Shown here in pieces: positions 37,844 through 47,728 of a stretch of DNA of 64,000 bases. The notes beneath the pieces were generated by a model, which saw nothing but the letters and a program-made list of their open reading frames with translations, searched no databases and was not told the origin of the DNA. Origin of the DNA: Pyrinomonadaceae bacterium (GTDB lineage: Bacteria; Acidobacteriota; Blastocatellia; Pyrinomonadales; Pyrinomonadaceae). A program made the position numbers and the translations under genes. Within the stretch, counting starts at the first letter, position 1. Each line of letters opens with the position of its first letter. The stretch lies in the NCBI GenBank assembly GCA_046313635.1, contig JBKBYA010000001.1, positions 288,001-352,000 on the forward strand, written 5' to 3'.

Positions 37844-38079
37844 TCCCGTCTTTCAAAATTGCCGGCCTCGGCGCCGTTGAGCGAGAGATCGTCGTCCTTT
37901 TCTTCGAGCGAGACAAAGATCTCGTCCCAGTTCGAACGCGGCCTGCCCGCCTTGCGGATCAGTATCCCGTCCTCGTGCAGGACCAGATCGACCTCGCCGC
38001 TGATGCCGCTCTCGACAAGCAGCGCCTTCGGTATCCTGACACCCTGCGAGTTCCCGATCTGTATGATCTGAGCTTTCAT
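37831..38079 (-). CDS. AbrB/MazE-family antitoxin
   Basis: IIQIGNSQGVRIPKALL; terminal EWQW overlaps the toxin start. Confidence 0.9.
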   Translation of the reverse strand: MKAQIIQIGNSQGVRIPKALLVESGISGEVDLVLHEDGILIRKAGRPRSNWDEIFVSLEEKDDDLSLNGAEAGNFERREWQW

Positions 38080-38085
38080 AGCTAC

Positions 38086-38113
38086 ATCGTAATTACGACC
38101 GCCTTTTTGTCAA
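38086..38113 (-). promoter_or_regulatory. TA promoter with palindromic operator
   Basis: TTGACA-16 bp-TACGAT; perfect palindrome TCGTAATTACGA at 38087-38098. Confidence 0.65.
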
Positions 38114-38166
38114 ACGAGCGTCGCCGGCTCACCTCGTGTCCGGTTACTTAATGTTCAAGAAAGTTC

Positions 38167-38195
38167 TTTACAACCGCTAACGACCGGTTTACAGT
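38167..38195 (+). promoter_or_regulatory. Candidate sigma70 promoter of the Rhs locus
   Basis: TTTACA-17 bp-TACAGT, followed by AAGGAGAG RBS and ATG 38301. Confidence 0.5.
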
Positions 38196-38300
38196 CTTGA
38201 AAATTAATTCGATCTAAGGTCTCGTCAACGAGACCTCCACGACAGAGAATCCCAGCCGGCCAGCAGTTTTGATCGTTTTAAGAACATAAGGAGAGTACAA

Positions 38301-41300
38301 ATGTCTCATCATCTTCCACGCTCTTCCGCCTACACCCGTTCAACTGCGCGCTTTTTCACCACATGAATTACACGCGCACCGATCTCGAAAGTCCCGCCGC
38401 CAATCAAACGGATGTTCCGCGCTTTACCGTGATGCGCGACTGGGCAGAGAACTTTAATCAGGACTCCGGGGGCACCGCGCAGGAGCGGGTCTTTACCAAT
38501 ACTGCGCCAACGACGGTTTCTTACAATTCGCCCGCCGGCTTCTCGATGACTGCCGCGAAGATCGAGGTCTCGATGCAGGGCGATCCGTACAACTCGGTGA
38601 CCAGGACCTATCTCGGCGCGTCCGGCTGGCAGCAGGGCTTGCCTGTTGCGACCGAAGATTGGGCGAACGGAGCGGGCGGTTCCGAGCTCAAACGATGGAC
38701 ATGGGCCGAGTGGACGCAGGACGATACGAATCTCGCCTACATTCTCAACCCGCGGACGACCGAGACGCGTGTCGGCGACAACGCCAACGTCAAGCGCACG
38801 ACTTATGAATACTGCGCCGAGCCGATCGACTGCTCGCAGCATTCGGCCTACGGTCTGGTCAGCGCCGTGAAAGTGTACGACGCGGATCTCTCGACCGTCA
38901 TCAAAAAGGTCCACACAACGTACAACCTCACCGCACCCTACCCATCGCGCCGGATCATCGGCCTGCCGTCGATGGTCGAGGCGTGGGGCAAGAACGATCT
39001 GACGGGTTCGCTCGAGTACGTTTCGAAGGTGACCTACGGCTACGACGAGTTCGCGTTCAACGATTCGACGCTCGCACAGAGCATCTCGCCCACACAGCAT
39101 GACAACACGAATTACGGAGCGTCGTTTGTCACGGGCCGCGGCCTTCTGACCTCGACGACGCGGCACGACGTGCTCGGGCAATCGTCGGCCGTCACATCGC
39201 AGACCAAATACAACACGGCGGGAGCTCCCGTCGCCCAAATTTCTCCGTGGGACGGGACCAACACACGCAGCGTTAAGATCGGCTACGCAGACTCGTTCAA
39301 TGACGGCAATAACGTCCGCGGAACATTCGCATACCCGACGACTCTGACCGATCCGGCCGGGAACTCTTCGACTGTGAAGTACCGCTTCGACATCGGTGCA
39401 AATGTCGAGGCAACCAGTCCCGCACCGGCCGGCAATGCTTATGGCAAAAAGACGGCACGCACCTTCGACGCCGTCGGCCGGCTCATCAGAGACGCCGTGA
39501 TCCTCGGCTCAGTCGAGTATGCCTACACCCGATACGAATATCCGCAGAACGGCATTCAGTCAAAAGTCTTTTCAACGCTCGTCGACACAAACAACAACAA
39601 TCGAGGCGACAGTGCTGATGAGGTCGTGAGCGAATCGTGGTCCGACGGCGCAGGGCGAGTTCGCCGAGCCCGCAACGAGCACCCGGGCAGCACCGGCGGC
39701 TGGGCCGCGACATTGACGGATTACGACATTCTCGGCCGGGTCTTGCGTTCGAGCGTTCCGACCGAGGTCAACGCCAATTGGAATCCCGCCGGCGACGACG
39801 CCACACGAGGCTTCCTTTGGACCTCGCAAAAATACGACTGGAAAGATCGCGTGGTCCGCAAGATCAACACCGACGGCAACCCCGACCTCGCCGAGAACGA
39901 CTCGGACATCTTCTTCGATTACCAAGGCTGCGGCTGCGCCGGCGGGCAGGTCACCACCATTCGCAGCGAACGCGTACCGCGCGACGACCAGTCGAATACA
40001 TATGCCCGTCGGACGCAGCGGATCTACGAGGATATCCTTGGCCGCTCGTTCAAGACCATTGTCTACAAATGGGACGGCACGACGAGGTCCGACGATGGGA
40101 AATAGAGCGGCACGCCCCATTGTCTACAAATGGGACGGCACGACCGCCTACACAACGACCGAACAAAAGTTCAACGGCCGCGATCAGGTGCTTGTCACGC
40201 GCCAGACTGACAACACCTCGACTGCCAACCCTCAGACCCATCAGGACGTGACAATGACCTATGACGGTCACGGCCGTATGAAGACCCGGCGCTATCCGGT
40301 CGAGGACGCCGGCGCCTACACCGAGTGGATCTACAATCCCGACGACTCCATACAACAAATAATCGATCCGCGACTTGCGATCACCAATTTCGCTTATAAC
40401 TCGCGCGGGCTTACGACCACGGTCTCATACAGCGTCCCGTCTGGCTCGAGCATTCCCGTGACGCCGACCACGACGTTTGCTTTCGATGATCTGGGAAACC
40501 GAACGATCATGGACACCGCCGGAGTGAGCGCGACTACGTATGCTTACGATCCGCTGTCGCGGCTTACGAGTGAGACGATCGATTTCGACGACCTCGCTTC
40601 GGATTACGCGATTTCATACTCATACCATATCGGCGGCAGCCTGAAATCGGTGACCGACCCGCTGAGCAAAACGATTGACTACACCCATGATAAAGTGGGC
40701 CGCCTGACGGCACTGACGGGCTCGGCGTTTGGGGACAATACGACGGGCAATTATGCCGACAACATTCAGTATCGTGCCTTCGGCTCGGTAAAACAGATGA
40801 CCTACCGGACAAACGACAACGCAGTCGTTTCGATGCAGTATGACAGCCGCCTTCGCGTTAGCCAGCATCAGGTTGCCACTAATGTCTTTACGGGTGGTTA
40901 TTTGAAAAAAGCCGATTTCACGTATTTTGCGGATTCTCGGGCGCAGGCTATGGACAACGACGTCGATCACGTCTTCGACCGCGAGTTCTGGTACGATTTC
41001 GCCGGACGTCTTTCGGCCAGCCGATTCGGGACTTACACGCCCCAGCAGGGGAATTCGATGAACCCGCACGCGCAGTCTATTCAGTACGATGCGTTCTCAA
41101 ACCTAAAAGCCCGGGACACCGAGCAGTGGGGCTCGAATGCGGGCTTTATCCGCGACTATGACGCCGCGAGCGGGCGGCTCCTGGCGGCGGGCACAGGCGA
41201 GACGCTGACCTACGACGCCAGTGGGAATATCGTTTACAGCGGCGTGTCGACAAATTTGTTTCAGGCGACGGTCTTCGATGCGGCGGGCAGCAGGACGGCT

Positions 41301-42763
41301 CACACCGAGCGGTGGTCGACCGCCGGGAGCTTTACGCCGATAGTGTCCGAGACTGTTACGAGTCAGGCGTTTGATGGTGACGGGCGGCTGGTCATCGGCA
41401 CACGTCGGACCGACCGGATCAGTTCACCGGCCTCCACCGGCGAACTTGTGTCCACCTATTACATCAATTCGAGTGTACTCGCCAAGCCGGTCACCGAGAT
41501 CGAGTATACGGACGACGCCGAGACTAGCCGCAAGACGAGGATCATTGCCGGCGGAGCGATCGTCGCCGAGCAGCGTCGTCGCGTGGGTGCCGCCGACCGT
41601 GTCGTTTACTTTCATGCCGACCCGGTGACTGGCAGCAAGGAGACGGTAAAGCAGTCGGGCGAACGGGACACCACTTCATTCAGGAACCGCGAGGAATACG
41701 AGCCGCTGGGGCAGTTTGTGCGTTACACGCCGCCGTCGGACAATCCGGACACGCCGCCTAATCCGCTGCCCGGCTCGCCGCTCAACGATGCCAAATTTCC
41801 CGAGTGGCAGTGCAAACTCGCCAGTGGGATCGGGACTCCGGACAACGAGCTTCCGTCGCATTGCAAGCGGGCGATCGAGCAGGACCCGGGCAGTATGTAC
41901 ACCATCTCCTGGAAGGAAAAGGAAACCCCAATAAGGTGACTTCCTTCGTCGACAGCCCGCTGCCGCGTGACTATACTCCCGACCGCGGGTCAACCTATGC
42001 CGCCAAAAGCGTGATGGCCTTTGCCCTGACCGCGACAACAAAGAATTCAGCTAGCGACGGCGAAGATGACTGCGAGCCGAACAATCCGAGAAAGCCCTGC
42101 ATAGTAACCGTCAAGGCCGAGCCGCAGCCGATCGAGATCCCCGACTTTAAGGACGCGAGCGTCGGGCCCCCGCTCGGAGGAGGTCTGAGAATCGTCGGAT
42201 TTGGGAATCGGAGTAAAGAAATTGAGGATCAGATTAGTTTTATGACCGGGAATGAAGGTTGCGCTGAGGCATTTAAGGCAGCGGGACTGCGCACGGTGGG
42301 TGAAATGATCGGAAGCCGCGGTGGACTAAACATTGTCCATTACAAGACGCTAGATGACTCTAGTAACAACTCGCTTTGGAGAGCAGACGAAAACATGCGG
42401 CAGGGAATGCGGGACGGCTACGTAGAGCACATGTATGCGAACGGCTATACAGCCGTCGGTCCGTATAATGACGGCTATTATTCGAGTCTGAGTGACAGAG
42501 CGTTTACGGGCTGGGATGATCCATTGACCACGGTGATCATACACGAAATGATTCATGCGGCAGGCAGTGCCCGGCTGACGGCGGCTGTCCCGAACTACGT
42601 GAATTTTCCGGCAGATAGAGTTGGCAGCGTGATGACCCCCGCGGGCAGGGGGAGGGTCGGCAGCCGAAAACCTAATCATGATTTGGAGTGGATGAATTTT
42701 AGCTATGGGAAGGAGGTGGGGCTATATGACAGTATTATTCGAGCCTGTACACCGAAGTCGTAG
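38301..42763 (+). pseudogene. Disrupted Rhs/YD-repeat polymorphic toxin gene with a zincin-like C-terminal tip
   Basis: YD repeats (YDILGR, YDGHGR, YDPLSR, YDFAGR) in 38363-40105 and 40117-41939; 61-bp insertion near 40084; 1-bp deletion near 41918; probable N-terminal deletion; tip contains IIHEMIH. Confidence 0.88.
40056..40144 (+). repeat. Perfect 28-bp direct repeat flanking a 33-bp unique insert
   Basis: CCATTGTCTACAAATGGGACGGCACGAC at 40056-40083 and 40117-40144. Confidence 0.95.
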
Positions 42764-42773
42764 CCACACATTA

Positions 42774-43262
42774 ATGGAAGTCGCTCATATTCTGACGCTT
42801 CTCATAGCACTTTCTATTTGTGCTTGTCTTTTCGTGAGTCATGTGGCCTTTGATGCCGGCTACGGAGTCGGAATTTTGTCTTGTAGCAAGCCTACAGACC
42901 TTCGCTTCGCTGTCGACAAACTACCCACAACTTACGCTTACCTCGCTAGTTATTATCAAGCGATAGCTGTTTTTCTTCTCGTATGCGCTGGTATTGAAGT
43001 AATGCTGCGGCTGGCCATCAAAGAAACCTACTTGTATACCTTCTTGATGTCGATTGCGACCTCGATTTTTTTGGGCCTATCGCTCTACAGGATGTGGTGG
43101 GTAATAGCGGAAAAGTCTTTACGGGCTAACACTTCTTTCTGGTTAGAGCCTTACGATGAATTAATGCGTGTTTCGGTTCCCGCTGATTGGATCTTGGTGT
43201 GTTTGATTCTTCTTTCATTCCTGACAACAATCGGCCGTGTAACTTCGTTGAAGCATTCGTAG
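42774..43262 (+). CDS. Putative immunity protein 1 (about 4 TM helices)
   Basis: Low-GC hydrophobic ORF immediately after toxin tip 1. Confidence 0.7.
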   Translation: MEVAHILTLLIALSICACLFVSHVAFDAGYGVGILSCSKPTDLRFAVDKLPTTYAYLASYYQAIAVFLLVCAGIEVMLRLAIKETYLYTFLMSIATSIFLGLSLYRMWWVIAEKSLRANTSFWLEPYDELMRVSVPADWILVCLILLSFLTTIGRVTSLKHS

Positions 43263-43304
43263 TCCGACCGATGCTCGGCATGGTGGCTGGGCTATGACGA
43301 AGCT

Positions 43305-43610
43305 GGGGTCAGTGCTGCAATTTGTGTAAATCTTGGATCTACCATGATGTCGAAACACATCGATATCATGAGGCACGGTCGCCGAGGGCAGATGTCGGCC
43401 TGGGAAGTCCTGATAGCTGCGTCGAGGCTCGTTGCAAACTCCCGCAAACTGTGGAACCTGACCAGCCTGAATACCTCGACCGTCAGCCGGCGCACGACTC
43501 GGCCCCTCGTCACATCAAAGATGAAGACCGGTTTCGCCAACTCGTGGACAAGATCGTCACGGTTTACAGCCAGACCAAACGAGAATTGCGCAAATTGCAG
43601 CACTGACCCC
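43305..43610. mobile_element. 306-bp non-autonomous element with perfect 20-bp terminal inverted repeats
   Basis: GGGGTCAGTGCTGCAATTTG (43305-24) and CAAATTGCAGCACTGACCCC (43591-610); interior encodes a frameshifted HTH-like fragment. Confidence 0.8.
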
Positions 43611-43619
43611 GACTTTCTG

Positions 43620-44693
43620 AGGAACCGCGAGGAATACGAGCCGCTGGGGCAGTTTGTGCGTTACACGCCGCCGTCGGACAATCCGGACACGCCGCCCAAC
43701 CCGCTGCCCGGCTCGCCGCTCAACGATGCCAAATTTCCCGAGTGGCAGTGCAAACTCGCCAGTGGGATCGGGACTCCGGACAATGAACTTCCGTCGCATT
43801 GCAAGCGGGCGATCGAGCAGGACCCGGGCAGTATGTACACCATCTCCTGGAAGGAAGAAGGAAACCCCAATAAGGTGACTTCCTTCGTCGACAGCCCGCT
43901 GCCGCGTGACTATACTCCCGACCGCGGATCAACCTATGCCGCCAAAAGCGCGATGGGGTCCGCGCTCACTTCGTCCAGCAAACCGGACTCAAAGAAAGGG
44001 AAGAAATCGCGAAGCGGACAGGCCGACGAGCCACTAATTGACATCGGGACCTTTAACGTTGACGCTGAAAAACCCGACGGACCGCAGCCGATCGAGATTC
44101 CGGACTTTATGGACGCGAGCGTCGGGGCGTTTGTTGAGGATTACCAACACCTGCGCGATGAGTATGACAAGATAGGAGCGATAAGAGACGTTATTAATTA
44201 CGCTAAATCTAGGAAAGAATGTGACGACGCGTTCAGAGCTGTTGGTGCGACGCCGATAGGGGAGCAGCTGAATAACCTGACCATTGTTGCTCAGAACCTC
44301 TTCGCCGAACCCTTACATGACAATGTGAATGATTGGACCAGAGGAACCCCGGTCGCTAAGGGTATGCGTGAAACACTAAAGGAACACCCGGGAACGAAAG
44401 ATGTTTCAACCATCGGTACCTACAAGTACCTGCGACCCGATAATACGTTTGTCGATAGTAACCACCGTTTTTTGGGTGTAACGAATGCGGCGTTTGATGG
44501 AACTCAACATCTGTCGGTGGTAATAATTCATTCGCTCCTTCATACAGGCGGAGTCCCTGGGCGGAAGCCGAGCTGGACGGAACAGCTTTCTCTCAAAACC
44601 ACCGTGGAAACACACGATCTAACCTATTTGGGTAGTAAGTACCAAGACATTCTCAAACATTGCACACGAGAGAAAGGCTCGAAGATCCTGTAG
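43620..44693 (+). pseudogene. Orphan Rhs C-terminal module 2 (zincin-like tip, HSLLH)
   Basis: 43620-43956 is nearly identical to 41682-42017, then a different tip follows; no credible start of its own. Confidence 0.85.
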
Positions 44694-44710
44694 CGCATGG
44701 GAGTACGAAA

Positions 44711-45172
44711 ATGATTATGAGCACTGCAAAGCGCTTTCAGAAAGCTCTACTTCTCGTTGGGTTGTTCGGCTTCGCCATGTCTTTTTCGCTGGCTGCGTAT
44801 GGCTTTCTGCTGGCGAAGGAACGTGAAGCCCGTGTTGCGTTTAGCTCGATTAATCCCGGCGTGAATCTTTTTTGGGAGATGGCCTTCCTGTACGGAGTCT
44901 TAGGCGTTCTTTTCTTTCTTTGCGTAGTCTTGAGCAAATGGAAGAGTGGGCTAAAGTTCATTATCTTGATTCCGCTTTTTTTTCTGATGACTATCTATGA
45001 GCTTAAGCTAATTTCGGCATCAGGCATTGTTTCGCCGATCTGGCCGGAGTACGAGTTTTGCAATTTCCTATTCGATAAAGGCGCCTTCTTTTTGCTTTTT
45101 TGGTCCACTCTAGAATTTGTCTTGAATCTAACCGTTTGGCGGCTTACAAGGGCACACAAGGATTTGCCTTAG
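44711..45172 (+). CDS. Putative immunity protein 2 (about 4 TM helices)
   Basis: GGGAG RBS; low-GC hydrophobic ORF right after tip 2. Confidence 0.7.
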   Translation: MIMSTAKRFQKALLLVGLFGFAMSFSLAAYGFLLAKEREARVAFSSINPGVNLFWEMAFLYGVLGVLFFLCVVLSKWKSGLKFIILIPLFFLMTIYELKLISASGIVSPIWPEYEFCNFLFDKGAFFLLFWSTLEFVLNLTVWRLTRAHKDLP

Positions 45173-45350
45173 CCGGAACGGCGGCATCTTTTAAGTGTTC
45201 AAGGCCACCTTTTCTCAGAACGCCCAACTTTTTCCGTTGATTGAGTGAGTAGATATGAACCGATTCTTCAAAGGGGCATTCTTCAAATCGTAAGCTTCCC
45301 CTAAACGTGCACAGTTGAAAAGTGGAGTTTTCTGACATCATAGGAGATGG

Positions 45351-46567
45351 TGAGCTACCCCCTATTCTTGTTACCGATCTAAATGAGAGAGTTCCGGGCA
45401 TCCTGGTGTTTTTGAACCGCCTCGTTCGGGGTCAGACCGGACAGTGCGCTGTGGGGTCTGAAACCGTTGTAATCATGTTTGAACGCCTGGACCTTCTCGA
45501 CGGCGTCTTCGATCGACAGGAACCAGTTTACGTTCAGGCATTCGTCCCGGAAGCTTCCGTTGAACGATTCAATGAAGGCATTATCGGTCGGCTTTCCGGG
45601 GCGAGAGAAGTCCAGCGTGACATCGTTCTCATAGGCCCAGTGGTCGAGCACCTTCGAGATAAACTCGCTGCCGTTATCGACCTGTATTCGGTTCGGCACC
45701 ACGCCTCTCGTCCGCTTGATCCGCTCCATAACATTCACCACATCGGGGCCTTTCAACGACTGGCCGACCTCGATCTCCACACACTCCCGACTAAAATTAT
45801 CGACTAAAGTTAAGACCCTGAAACGGCGACCGTCGAACAGCTGATCTGCTACGAAGTCCATGCTCCAGCACTCATGCGGGCCGGTCAGTATGGGTCGCTC
45901 CATCCGGTGTGCTGCCGCCTTACGCCGCCGCGGCCTCTTCCGCCTAAGGTTCAAGCCTTCTTCCTTGTAAATACGGTACGTACGCTTGTGATTATCCCGC
46001 CAGCCTTCCCGCCGCAGCACCGTCTGGATCCGCCAGAATCCGTACCTTACCCGCGTCTCCGCGATCTCCCTCATTCGCTTTCGCAACGCCCGGTCATCCC
46101 GAGGTCGCTCGACGTACCGGAACACTTTCCGCGAGATCGCAACCACCGAACACACCCGGCTCTCCGAGACCCGGTACGATTCCAATAACCACCTTACTAA
46201 CTGCTTTTTCTGCTTTGCCTTCAGACACTTTTTTTTAACACGTCCTGCAGCATCTGCTTGTCCAATGTCAGATCCGCCACGACCCGCTTCAATTGCAGAT
46301 TCTCTTCTTCGAGCTGCCTCAGCCTTCTCAACTCCGCCGTCCCAAGCCCGTCGTATTTCTTCTTCCAGTTGTAGAATGTCGCCTCGCTCACACCCATCTT
46401 CCGGCAGACCTCCGCGACTGTCACCCCAGTCTCCGCCTGCTTCAACGCGAACACGATCTGCTGCTCCGTAAACTTCGATCTCTTCATGGTAATTATGTCT
46501 CCTCATACTGTCATAATTACCCGGCTTCCTCTATTTTAGTTCGGTATCATTTTTCGGGGGGACGTCA
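45351..46567 (-). mobile_element. IS3-family insertion sequence (IS407-like), 1217 bp
   Basis: 39-bp imperfect IRs (27/39 by manual alignment) starting TGA; orfA and orfB with an A8G slippery site. Confidence 0.93.
45379..46487 (-). CDS. IS3 transposase OrfAB (programmed -1 frameshift near 46228-46236)
   Basis: OrfA 46221-46487 has HTH plus leucine zipper; OrfB has the DDE triad WSMDF, DNGSEF and IESFNG. Confidence 0.92.
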
Positions 46568-46895
46568 ATTTTTCGGGGGGACGTCAATCGAGAAGAAATG
46601 GACGATGCCGGTCCAAAACTGGAAGGCTGCCCTGAATCGCTTCGCGATTCTTTACGAAGATCGCGTCCCGATCGCATGAAATGAAACCGGCTGTGGAAAT
46701 GCCGCTCATGTGGAAAAGCAAAAAACGCTTTCCCACAATCGCTTGGAAAAGCCCAAAACCGCTTTTCCACATTCCCACAGCTTCGGCTGCTGGATAAATT
46801 CATTAAGAAAAAAGGGAGGAAACCCAAAAATCTTTGACAGACAATTGCCACCTTAAGAAAGTGCTTTTCCTGTCTAGACAAAGGGGTTCACTTTA

Positions 46896-47728
46896 ATACT
46901 CCCGACCGCGGATCGACCTATGCCGCCAAAAGCGCGATGGCCTTTGCCCTGACCGCGACAACAAAGAATTCAGCTAGCGACGGCGAAGATGACTGCGAGC
47001 CCAACAATCCGAGAAAGCCCTGCATCGTCACTGTCAAGGACGAGCCGAACGAACCGCGGGTCGAGGTAAGAGTAAGCGACGAAATCCCGGACTTTGACGA
47101 GATCCCGGACTTTAAGGACGCGAGCCAATTCGAAACGAACTTTGGCCCAGGGGAGCCCAGCACTGAGTCAACCCGAGGAGCTGGAAACATCGGTACTTTT
47201 CCACGTCAAACACAACGACTAAGCCAAGAAGAGTGTGACAAGAAAATTGCTTCAATATTCGGCGGGCCCGGGGCCGTCGCCGCGACCGCAACAGAACCTG
47301 CTACTTTGCTTAACCCTGTTGCGGGGGCCGATCGTTCTGCGCACTTGGCAAATAACGGGACCTTTCATATCTATACAAACTCAGAAGGCTCATCCGCTAC
47401 TGTAGGGCTGTATGCACCGCCCGGTTGGAAGGGTAAAGTAGGCCCAGAGAACGTTTACTTCGGAAAAGACGATTTGGGCGTCAAAGGTGAACTAAATTAC
47501 AACTTTTTCAGGTTCTACTACCGTGGGGGATTGTCAATTTCGTTCCTCCACGTGGGCAGCCCGGGTATCAAGCCTAACGAGAGAAATTCAGCCGGATCAA
47601 TTCTGATCGGAAACATCGGGGGACCAAATACAGGTGGAGAAGGTGGCACGGGCTATCAGCATTCTCACGTGAACGTGTATAAGAACGGTGCGAGAATAGA
47701 CCCCCGAAAAATTTTCTGTGGATGGTAA
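46896..47728 (+). pseudogene. Orphan Rhs C-terminal module 3 (M23-peptidase-like tip)
   Basis: 46896-47047 matches 41973-42124; tip has FLHVG, IGNIGG..G and HSHVNVYKNGARIDP; ATG 46937 could start a 263-aa product. Confidence 0.8.

Larger units (their letters stand above)
45291..46895 (+). mobile_element. Remnant IS256-like element, mostly deleted and interrupted by IS3
   Basis: Transposase C-terminus IEKKWTMPVQNWKAALNRFAILYEDR (46587-46679); loosely matching candidate ends TAAGCTTCCCC..CACAG..GAAAAG and TAAAGTGAACCCC..GACAGGAAAAG. Confidence 0.55.

Noticed and set aside
32494..38079. mazEFG-like operon or anti-phage MazG
   Set aside because: mazG is the ordinary two-domain housekeeping type, about 4 kb away and on the opposite strand from the TA pair.
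40056..40144. Functional CRISPR array
   Set aside because: Only two repeats, the repeat is Rhs coding sequence, and there is no leader or cas gene in the window; reported only as a possible integration scar.
43344..43619. 449-aa ORF 43344-44693 as one real gene
   Set aside because: Chance in-frame fusion of the mini-element interior to the orphan Rhs module; expression cannot be excluded but there is no clear RBS.
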